64,000 nt of DNA from Piromyces finnis finn. Taxonomy: Eukaryota > Fungi > Neocallimastigomycota. Location: NCBI GenBank assembly GCA_002104945.1, contig MCFH01000027.1:248001-312000 (forward strand), read 5' to 3'. A program made the position numbers and the translations under genes. Below the pieces are notes generated by a model that saw nothing but the letters and a program-made list of their open reading frames with translations, ran no database searches and was not told the origin of the DNA. Position 1 is the stretch's first letter. Each line of letters begins with the position of its first letter. This document shows positions 40,025 through 50,832 of the stretch, in pieces.

Positions 40025-41842
40025 TTATAATTCAAGTTTTGGCGGTAAAACAGTTTTTTGTTCTTTTTCTGATTCTAATTTTGTTTCTGTTTTTATGTTT
40101 TGTTTTTCTTCTTCTTGTTGTTTTTGCTCTTTTTGTTCTTGTTCTTGTTCTCCTTGTTGTTTTTGTTCTTCTTGTTCTTGTTCTTCTTGTTGCTTTTGTT
40201 CTTGTTCTTCTCGTTCTTGATAATCTTCAAGTGGCATAGTAGTAAGTTCATAAAGTTTCATATTAACAAACTTAAATGTATTTTTTTCAGGAATAGAAAT
40301 AGAGCTATCGTAATAATAAGTATCATCTGATTTTTTTTCTCCTTTTTTATTCCAACCCAAGGTCTTAAGAATATCAATAGTATCTTGACCAATTAAACCT
40401 TCATAATTATCTTTTCCAATAGTTTCAATAAATTCGTCATTTGTAATTGCATCGCTTTGGGTGTAATACATTAATGCTTCCTTGTTATAATAGTCAAATA
40501 TATTTTTTTTATTGATTAATGTACCTTGAATGAGTTTCTTCTTTTTATCTGGATCGTCATTGATTTCATCATTTTTATCAAATTGGGTATGAATAACACT
40601 ATTTCCAGGAAAGAATGCATTATTAAATGTTTGAAGAGGAACCACATCTTCTTTATTAATTAAAAATCCAATGCTCTTACTTTTTAAAAAGTGTTCGGTA
40701 ATGTTATCAATGGACTTTTTTGTTTTTTCGCTTAACTCGTTGTAACATTTGTAGCATTTTTTTGATGTAATATCTTTAATAATTAAATCTTCTTCAAAAC
40801 AGTCATATTCTTTATATAATAATTCCAAATTTTCAAATAGCTTTTCTTTTGTTTCAATATCAACGATATATTTTGAAAAAATACTCAATGGATAAACAGC
40901 TTTCAATTTTGAGTCATATAAACTATTAATATATTCTTCAAATGTTTTAGCTTTACCTAGTTTATCCCAGTTCATATCAACTATTAATGATGGTAAAAAT
41001 TTATATTTATCTGAACCATCAGTTGAAATGTATCCAGGAGATAATGGAACAACTTCATTTGTATCTTTTAATTCATCAATTACCTCATTTATAGTGAATC
41101 CCATAGCATGAATAATTTCATGAACAATAAAACGACTATATCTTTTTATAGCAAATTTTTCCATAGAATCTGGATCAATTTTAAAATTATTTAATACCAT
41201 AATAAAATCATTCTTTTTATATTCTATTTTATAATCTAATTTTAATTGTTTAGCTTGTGCTTGAGTGTAAAGATATGGAGGAACATTATCACTGTTAGAA
41301 GATTTTAATGGAACGAAATTGATATCCATAGCTCCCCCAGTTGCATTATCAAGTCCATATTTTGATAAATCATCTACAATAACTTCAAAATTTAATGGTT
41401 CATAAAATTCTATATATATTATCAATAAATAAATTTTAATATCATATTCTTATTTTTACTTTTATTTTCTTCTTTTTAATTATTAAAATTAAAATTTCAC
41501 ATTAAAATATAATTTTATCCATTTATTAATAACTTTTACTATTTTATTTTTCTTTTTAAATTAATACTTCTTAATTATAATTTTTAAAATTTCATTATAA
41601 TTCAATTTATGAAAAAGACAAAAATGTTATTTACCAAAAGTATTAGATAATATATCAAGTGCTGTTTTAAAGTCTTCTTTAGCAACATCACAAGCATCAT
41701 TAAAATTATCTAAACAACGAAAATTATAATGAAAATCTTTACTTTCTATATATTCTTCATATTTTAATTGTCTAGTATTATCAGATTTAACAAATTTTAA
41801 AGCTAAAGCAGTAGCAATAAATAAGACATTAAATATTTTCAT
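40025..41842 (-). CDS. Secreted putative zinc metalloprotease (HEXXH), 2 exons, intron 41410-41634
   Basis: Signal peptide MKIFNVLFIATALA; G|gtaaat..tag|AA gives TFE-FYEP in frame; VHEIIHAMGF motif; possible third ligand in GNSVIH; Q/E-rich tail. Confidence 0.8.
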
Positions 41843-42291
41843 TTTTTCTTCAAATTAATAAAATTTTCTTATAGTTTATTGTTAAAACTTGTATTATTTT
41901 ATATGCTTTATCTTTTTAAATATTTTCCTTTATATTTCCTTCTTTTTTTTTTTAATGAATGTTTAATTTCTTTTTTTTTTTTTTTAGAAAAAAAAAATTA
42001 TATTTTTTAATATTAAATAATTTATTAATGATTTCAATCTTTAAAATCTATTAATTATTATTAATTATTACTAACAATTTAATCATGATTTGTGTAACAA
42101 ACATTGATGTAAACCATAATAAAATATTGAATTTTATATTAAATAAGGTTTTAAAAATCAACAATAGGAAAATATGAATTAATTATTTAATTATAATATA
42201 AAAAGATTTTTTTTTAAATTTAGACTTTTTTGGATAAATTAATATTTATTAAAAAAAAAAACAATTATATATGAAAAAACAATACATTTTG

Positions 42292-42536
<245 letters not shown>

Positions 42537-42599
42537 TTATATTAATAAGATTGCTAAGGTGATAAAGGTTACATAATAAATAATAAATTATATATTTAT

Positions 42600-43479
42600 A
42601 TTATATAAGTATTATCCTTACAATATATGGAACTAAATTTCTTGAATAGTTTATAGCAGCTAGGAGAATAATATGTTTTACATGTAATTTTCTCATTTAT
42701 GTTTTGGAGGATCATGAATAAAGATTCAGCATTTCTACTTCTGGGGAAATATCGGCTCTACATATAGACAAATTTACCAATTTATTGACAGTTGTAACAT
42801 CTTGTTCGATGTTACTATCAGTCTTCCTCCTTTTTTAAATGAACTTTGTATAACAAATTTAAGTGGACTAATACTAGATTGAAGATAATTCTCAAAGTAG
42901 CAATATTATAAGTATCATTAAGATCAAGGTTATTTTTAAATTTTTTGGTTGGTTGGTTAATGTTATGTTCTAGGTAAGGATTTAATCCATACTTCTTAGC
43001 TGCTGTTTTAATAAGGAAGCACCTTCAAAATTGTATATACCGTGGAGGTAATGGTCTTTAGCTAAGACGAATTGATGAGATATTTTAAATTAAAAAATTT
43101 TGAATAATCTTAACTTACTTTTTAAGTCTTATTATTGTTATTATTGATTTAGAGTTTGAGACTCTTAATTTAATTAGTAAAAAATAATTTTTATTAATAA
43201 GATGGTGGTTTTTTTTTTTTTGGTTATTTTATGATATAAATTTTTTATAAACTTTATTATGTTTCAATTTTTTTTCTTCTAAATTCTAAAAATGTTTATT
43301 CTACCATCAACAATATAAACTTAACTAAGACAAAAGACTTTTTTAATAATAATTATCTTCAAGTTTGTTTATATTAATGAGATTTATTTAATAATTAGCT
43401 AAAAGAGTCATACATTTATGTTACTACTTTACATTACATTTTTTACATTACATAAATAATTAATATTATATTCAGAAAT
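42600..43479 (-). mobile_element. Truncated older Ty1/Copia element: part of 5' LTR (43171-43479), PBS (43157-43169), decayed gag start; left boundary approximate
   Basis: Same PBS motif TGAGACTCTTAAT as the nested element. Minus strand after it reads (ATA)SHQFVLAKDHYLHGIYNFE..(frameshift)IKTAAKKYGLNPYLEHN, resembling the Copia gag N-terminal L.G.NY..W...L..Y motif. Confidence 0.6.
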
Positions 43480-43696
43480 TATTAAGAGTTGTTTAATTTA
43501 GGTTTATAATTATGTCAACTTTATTAATATATTTTATGATAAAGAACTACTTGCGTTACATTCTTCTCAAACTACATGTATTTATACATTTACATTGTGG
43601 CTTAAACATATAATTAAATACAATATATACAAATACGTTTTAATACATTTCAATACATTTGAATACATGTGACATAACGTTTCACATATTCTAACA
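43480..43696 (-). repeat. 3' LTR (minus strand TGTTAGAA...CTCTTAATA)
   Basis: 216/217 identical to 47958-48174 by eye. Confidence 0.92.
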
Positions 43697-43705
43697 TTCC
43701 CCCTC
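43697..43705 (-). other. Polypurine tract GAGGGGGAA
   Basis: Abuts the 3' LTR; preceded on minus by ..LSRKLGL-RG, the typical Copia pol terminus. Confidence 0.85.
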
Positions 43706-44067
43706 AAACCTAATTTTCTACTAAGTAAAATTTGGTTTGCTGGTGAATATGTGCATTTTATTATTTCTAAACTATTAACTATAAACTAAATCTAATGTTT
43801 AAAATTTTTATATTTCATTAATTGGAATTTAAAATATTTCACAAATATTATTCACTAATTGCTTTAAAGAATTTAAATATTACCCTATAACTTCGTTTTT
43901 ATAGATAAACTGAAAACCTTTGTATAATTGGGTAGTATTAAAGTTTAAAATTTGGATTGGATATTCATAAATTGTTATACCATCCATTAAGGATTGAAAA
44001 CCCTTCCGGTTTTACATTATCCTATAAACTATATTGGTAATCTCTCTGAGATTTACACAGAATTATA

Positions 44068-44301
44068 GACAACACATGGTTTATCTCTTTGATTTTACGT
44101 CCTTATGACAACGCATGGTTTACCTCTTTGGTTTTACGTTTTCTTAACAACTCATGGTTAACCTTTGATTTTACGTCCTTATGACAACACATATGGATAA
44201 CTCTTTTTGGTTTTACGTTCTCTTAACAACCTATGGTTAATCTTCTTGGTTTTACGTTCTTCGGACAACCTATGGATAACTCTCTGGTTTTATGTCCTTA
44301 T
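44068..44301. repeat. Six ~39-bp tandem repeats inside the LTR element
   Basis: Units start at 44068, 44107, 44146, 44183, 44225, 44264 (consensus GACAACnCATGGTTnAnCTCTTTGGTTTTACGTnCTTAT). Confidence 0.9.
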
Positions 44302-45120
44302 AATTACAATTTTCTTTAGAATATTAGCATAATTGTATTTCAATCTATTTGTAAATACTAATTAATAATGGTAAAATTTTAATTAAATCCTTAATAGTTA
44401 TTTAGTATATGTATATTGAATTTTAACATTTTCTTTTAGGTGTTTTTCCTTCCTTTTATGCCTTTTGTATTGATTAATTATTCTTATAATATTTAAGAAT
44501 ATTTTACTTTGTATTTGAAATTTTGTTCTTTTCATTTTTACATATTGAATATTGAATCTTATAAATTTTTACAATTTGAATTTCAATTCATTCTATTTAT
44601 TAAGCCTTAGTTTCTATGCAATGTTTTAGTTATTTCCAATGTTTAACTAGAAACAAAAATTATTATCTTGAATTTTAAATTTCGTATATTCACTACTTCC
44701 CCCTCAAATCTAGATGTTTAGTAATAAATACTTAGATTTGAAAAAGAGAAATTTAAATTTCATAAAATTTCATTCATTTTGCATCAAATTTTCATAATAA
44801 TGAATAATTTTCCATAACATATACGATAAGTATTAATACCTATATAAATAATAAATAACATATTCTAATGTTTTCATTCATTTTTCTCAATTGCTTATCC
44901 TTTAAAATATAGTGAAATAATATTTTCATGATAATATATTTTAATGTAGTGATAATCATAGAATATCAAACTAATGAATAAAATATTCCTCAATTATGTA
45001 TTTCTTTACTTCAAATTAAAATAAGTAGATATACCAGTAAAATTATAACAAGTTAATATTGTAAGATAATGACATTTAAAATATCGATTATTGAAGAGAA
45101 TAAAGTTCTTCTAAATTATA

Positions 45121-45660
45121 TCGAAGTCGGCTCGGTTAATTAGAATGTCAGCTAATTGGTCGGCGATCACTCACTACGTTGAAAGTGGCGATTTATATAT
45201 GAGGTTACTAAATCACCGTAAATTATATTTTAAAACGGCGTCACAACATTCTTGAATGTTGGTAATAAATAAATATGATGAATCAATGTCATCTAAATCT
45301 AAGGAGCCCTTACTATGAAGGTGCTACATTGTTATTGATGGGACCAAATTAAATATATATAGGTCTAAAACCATCATTAATAATTATCTATGAATATAAC
45401 TCATTTCACGCTAAGTTAAATCATGATAAGTAATTAAAATATTATTGAATATACCCATTTCACGCTAGGTTATTCAAAGTATATATATATATGTAGAATA
45501 TGCTCATTTCACGCTAAGCATTTCTAACTTTAATAAATTACCTCATTTGAAATATTTGCTATGTATATTAGCAATAACAGCCTACGGGATGAGCATTTGA
45601 CCAGTAATATATTTGCTTTATAGGTAGCAATAATTTAAATAATGCTTTTGAGGCTAAATA
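45121..45660 (-). ncRNA. Candidate structured RNA of unknown family
   Basis: GC-enriched island without ORF; about a dozen contiguous hairpins folded by eye, including three with identical loop and covarying stems. No Rfam identity recognised. Confidence 0.5.
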
Positions 45661-46247
45661 TTATCTTAAAGTATTGTTATAATGATTTAATTCAAAGAGT
45701 AGTATACTGGATTAAATTATATAATACTGATTTGAGTGAAATTATCATAAAGAAATTGATTGACATTTTCACAAGGATAGTTTCAATGTTCATTGCATAA
45801 TTTCATTACAATAGGGTATTTTATACAAACTTATCAAATAATGTTTAATTATTCTAATTCATGTTTCTAATTGTATAAATTTTATGTATTTTCTTTATGT
45901 TCTATCTTTCCTCTATGGCGGAAAGAATATTTTCTCATTAAAATAGTAGTAGTTAAAGTATTTGAATATTTCACAAACAATTTATTTACTTGAAATAAAT
46001 ATGTATGCTATGCTTTCAATAACAATAATGCTATTTTATGAATGTTAATAAAACTAGTTCTTTTGAAAATAAGATGAAATATTGGTAAATATATGTAATT
46101 ATGTGTTCATGAATATTTGTGAATGGATATTTTAATAACTGGATATATGGATATTTAATGTTATTGTATGTAAATTGACATAATGAGTAGATCAATATCA
46201 AGTTGAATAATCTTCATGCTATATAATAAACTTTATATCTTCCTAAA

Positions 46248-47040
46248 TTATATTTTAACTATTTTCTTGTCAGAAGTGAGTTCTTTGACAAATAAATTTA
46301 ACAACATCTATATATGGTCTTAATAGTTCTGGAACAATTAAAACATTTTCGGTTTGATAGTTTTCGAGAGTACAGCAAAAGGTACGTCCGTTAGCACAAA
46401 GAGTACCGTTTAATAAGTGAACGTAGTTCTTAACATGGGAGTTCATCTTCTTAACACCAAACATGTTACCTAAGTTTCTAGATTGGTAATCAGTATAGTT
46501 ACGACAACTATCTAATTCCTTGTATTCAGGTTGGAATGGAAAATAAGCTTAAAGATCGTGTTTCTTAGTAGCAGCATTGTTTATGACATCAGAAACAATG
46601 GCAATAACGTGATATGGAAGTTTAAGAGATTGGTAGAAATCTTCAGTAGTACTAATTAATTGTTCTAATTCTTCCCAGCTCTTTTCTGATTGACAAAAAA
46701 TGGATTGCTCAATCTTTTCGAATTATTTAATGCTGGAAAAGACCCTAAGTATTTTTTGCAGTGAGCACCAGCTTTCTTTTTGAAACAAATTGAATAACTA
46801 GCATCTCTGGCTAATAATTACTTTTCTGGTTCACTGAACCATTCACCTCTATAGAAAGTACTCATTGGTTGTTCACTAACATTTTGGTTCTGGATCATCA
46901 TTAACTTTAGAAACCATGTATAATTCTTCATCAATATCAGATAATTGAGCTGTCTTGGTCATAACATCACTCTTCATAAGGAGTGGAATTAAAATCTTTC
47001 TGTAACCACGCTTCTTAAGGAAATATAAACCATATAGGAT
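46248..47040 (-). pseudogene. SES1: Intronless decayed seryl-tRNA synthetase fragment (catalytic domain to C-terminus)
   Basis: YGLYFLKKRGY..PLLMKSDVMTKTAQLSDIDEELY..SEQPM..ICFKKKAGAH..FEKIEQ..KSWEELEQLISTTEDFYQSLKLPYHV..NNAATKKHDL*AYFP..YKELDSCRNYTDYQSR..YVHLLNGTLCANGRTFCCTLENYQTE..VPELLRPY; stops and frameshifts. Confidence 0.92.
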
Positions 47041-47943
47041 TTCTAATTTCATCAGTGTTAAGATCCTTATCGGAGATATTACATATTACAATTTTCAATA
47101 TATATCATAATTGATAAATACTAATTTTCATAATTGTGTTCTCATATCCTTTCTTTAGATAATGGATGTAGAGATCTTTATAAAATTTTGCTTTATTATA
47201 GAATTAATATGGAATGCTAGGAAATATTCTTTTTGTTACATAAATTTTAAAATTATCCTGATAAATAATCTAAGCTTAAGGAACTTATTTATTCAAATTT
47301 CACATATTATATTCTTAATATTAATACTACTATATCATATCTTCTTGAGAATAGAAGTTTTGTTACTATTGATATTATGTCTATATTCAAGGAATATTAA
47401 ATTTACTGAAAGCTTTTTGTAGTTTACTATTGACGATTTGTTTTAAGCTACAAAGTTATCAAATCAATATAGTGATATAGGTATTGTTCCTTGGGGGTTT
47501 AAGCTATTTATTTATATTTAATTTGATTTGTATATTTTCTGAGTTTATTGAATTCAAAATAATTTAAATTTTAATAATTTACTAGTTTTTCGGAAATTTA
47601 ATGTTTGAATTCTATCATTGTAGATTAACTTATATCATATTAGAAAATATACTACTTTCTATGTTTTATTTATCAGATTGATTATTTCCTTATTTTCTAT
47701 ATTAAGTTACTTCGAATCTTTTATTTATGGCGAAAATAATATTTCAATCTTAAAATTTTGAAATCTCAAATTTTAGATCTCAAGATAATTTTATCAAACA
47801 TAGAAAATTTCAGATTAAATAATTTAGTTCTGATAGTTAGAATTTCCTACAGTTTTCTTCTATGACAAAATGTCATATCCGGCGGTTTGATTCATCTTTC
47901 AGAGAATCATTTGAGAATTAATGAGATTCTCTCTTGAGAGTCT

Positions 47944-47957
47944 TGAGACTCTTAATC
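47944..47957 (-). other. Primer-binding site GATTAAGAGTCTCA, complementary to the tRNA-Lys(CUU) anticodon arm
   Basis: Directly abuts the 5' LTR; plus strand TGAGACTCTTAATC contains GACTCTTAATC, the conserved Lys(CUU) anticodon stem-loop. Confidence 0.75.
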
Positions 47958-48174
47958 TATTAAGAGTTGTTTAATTTAGGTTTATAATTATGTCAACTTT
48001 ATTAATATATTTTATGATAAAGAACTACTTGCGTTACATTCTTCTCAAACTACATGTATTTATACATTTACATTGTGGCTTAAACATATAATTAAATACA
48101 ATATATACAAATACGTTTTAATATATTTCAATACATTTGAATACATGTGACATAACGTTTCACATATTCTAACA
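47958..48174 (-). repeat. 5' LTR
   Basis: Direct repeat of 43480-43696, followed by TSD GAAAT. Confidence 0.92.
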
Positions 48175-50832
48175 GAAATATTATTTTTTCAAAATAAAAT
48201 AAATAAAAAACTATCCATATAAATGTAGCTATTACATTTACAACACTTATAATACATACTTATATTTTCTTTTAAGTTAGCTATGTATATATAAATATAT
48301 GCTTATTAATTTGTTAAGATTAAGTATTAGGTACTTATTATTTTAATGATTATAAACATATAATATAATAATAAATATATAAATAAATAGACAATTAGGA
48401 TTTTTCAAAAACTCTTAAGAAATAATCATAAATTTAATAGTGTAATGAAGAAATAAAAGAAATATATTTTTACTTTTTTCAAATACTTATATTAATAATA
48501 ATATTATTTTTTCTTATTTTTACAAATATTTTATATTATTGTTTTTTGTGTTTTATTCTCTCTCTTTTTTTTCTTTCAAAATAAAATAAGTTGAATAGTG
48601 TAATTAAAAAATTGAATAATAAAATATTTAATATTAAGATAATGATTCAAGTTATAGAATTAATTATAATAGTATTAATAATTAGTATTCCTAAATTGTA
48701 GAGAATTTTTTTTAATAAACTCTACTTAGAATTATATATAATTACAACATTATTGAATATTTTGTTAAATAAAACATTATTTTTAAGATAAAAATATAAT
48801 AGTATTTATTATAACTTAATAATTACAATCTTCATATCCTTTTATCTATTTTCAAATATTCTTTTATAATATTTTATGCCAAAGTTTAAAATAAAATCTA
48901 TTAATAAACTTTAATAATAATTTTTTTATATTTATTTTATCAAACAGAAAATGTGTAATTAATGCACTCTTTTTTAATTAATATTTTTTTCTTTTGATAG
49001 ATTGCAGTTATTTTTATTAGTAATTAAATATAAAAATATAGTATTTACTACTTCCTATTTTAAATATAATTATAATAATAACAAACAAACAACAAACAAC
49101 TAATTTTCCATTTTGTTACATTATAAAAATAAAGTAAAATATTAATTTTTTTATTTTTAAAAATCTTTTTTTTTTTTTTTTAATTTAAATTACTTGTATT
49201 TCTTAGGTAATACATGTCAATACACCTTTTAATCTAAACACCTTTTAATCTAAACACAAACACCAATATTTAAATTAATGTATTAAGATATTTTATATTT
49301 ACATTTATTTATTATATCATAGCATAATTAGCAAAAACTATGTAATTAAGAAATTATTTTTAAATGATTTTTACATGACCAAATTTTTATTAATTACTAT
49401 GCCGCTGATAATATCAAAATATTAATTTAAATAATAAATAAAGTTATTATTCATTTATTAATTAAATATTAGTAATATTATAAATATATTGGAATTAATT
49501 ACTTTTTTAATTTTATTACTAAATTTGTTAATTTTTTTTTACCGTTAATTTATTATTAATTAAAATTTTTAAATAATGAATTTTTATCCTAGAATTTTTT
49601 CTGTTTTTTTTTTTTTTTTTCAAATATAAATATTATGTCCAATAAAATTTTAGGATATTTGTACTCAATAACATAATGTATTAAAATGTATATGGATTAT
49701 ATAGAAATATATTATTATATATATAAAACATATTAATAAATTGTATTAAATTATAATAATATATAGGTAATATATTAAAATATACTTTTGTATTTATTTT
49801 ATTAATTTACTTTTTAGTTAATTTTTATTATATACAAAAGAAACAGTAATAAAAATACAGAATTTAATATATTATTTTATAATATAATAAAATAACAATA
49901 TAATAATAATATATAATATTAGAAGAAACAATATATTATTTATTAATTTAAGTTTCGAAAAAAATTAAAAAATTTCATCATTAAAAAAATGTAAAAAAAA
50001 AATATATTTATATCTGTATTATTTTTTTTTTATTATGTTTATTGTGTAATGATTAAGAGTCATTTTATTTAAATATTAATCTTTAATCTTAGAAACAAAG
50101 TAATTATTTGCAACATTTAATTAAAAAGAAGATAATATATATTTATTATATAAGGAAAACAAACTATTATATCGATAAAAATCAAATAATTTAATTCAAT
50201 AAAACTTTTATTTAGAAAAAGTAAACCTTTTTTATACAAAGTTTCTTTCATTATTTTTTTTGATTTTATATTATCAATAGTTTTTTTTAAAGATTTTATT
50301 ACAATAATTAAATGTTAAATATTAAATAATATAAAGACAATTGATATTTATTTTACAAATTATACTACAATTATAAGGTAAAACATAAATATTAATATAG
50401 ATGAATAAGCTATTAAAAATTTAATTATTATTAGTAGTAAATAAAATAATCATTATTTCTAGGATATTTTTTAAGAAATGTTATATATTTCAGTCGTATA
50501 AAAAAAACTTATATATTAATGATATATGAAATAAAAAAATAAAACACTTTTTTATAATTTCTAATAATATTGATAGATTATTTATTAGTGGTATTATTTC
50601 AAATTTAAGAAAAACAATATCAATTTAAACATTAGAATAATAAACTTTGATATATTAATTCAATATTTACAAGGCAAAAAAAATATTTTATTATATCAAT
50701 ATTAATTAAAAAAAAAATAAAACCATTAGTATTATAATCCATTTTTTATATTAAAAACATTTATTTCTTTTAATATTTAAAATTAAATTAACATTTTACT
50801 TTTTATTTTTTTTCATATACTAATAAAGTAGA

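Larger units (their letters stand above)
43480..48174 (-). mobile_element. Non-autonomous Copia-derived LTR retrotransposon (LARD-like), 4695 bp, recently inserted
   Basis: 217-bp direct repeats with one mismatch; 5-bp TSD GAAAT (43475-43479 / 48175-48179); PPT next to left LTR, PBS next to right LTR; no long ORF inside. Confidence 0.9.

Noticed and set aside
43480-43696. Retrozyme or Cassandra identity for the LTR element
   Set aside because: No hammerhead core or 5S-like sequence in the LTRs.
44068-44301. CRISPR-like appearance of the ~39-bp repeats
   Set aside because: Units are contiguous with no unique spacers, eukaryotic context, no cas genes.
45391-45526. AGCGUGAA as U3 snoRNA box B, 16S rRNA 690 loop, group II intron domain V, or tRNA-Ser(UGA) anticodon mimic
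   Set aside because: No U3 boxes A/C/D or rRNA context, no AGC triad helix, and the base 5' of UGA is G rather than the invariant U33; the motif is triplicated, unlike those RNAs.
46270-46464. Independent 64-aa protein
   Set aside because: Residual open segment of the SerRS pseudogene.
47162-47422. 86-aa plus-strand ORF and other hydrophobic AT-rich ORFs (6520-6765, 6813-7043, 31919-32243, 55048-55263, 61339-61524)
   Set aside because: F/I/L/Y/N-biased translations expected by chance in very AT-rich DNA; no motifs.
47944-47958. Possible tRNA-Lys gene
   Set aside because: Only the anticodon arm matches; no acceptor, D or T arms. Position next to the LTR identifies it as a PBS.
49222-49258. 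Short tandem duplication ACACCTTTTAATCTAA x2
   Set aside because: Two copies of a short unit in AT-rich intergenic DNA; ordinary slippage.
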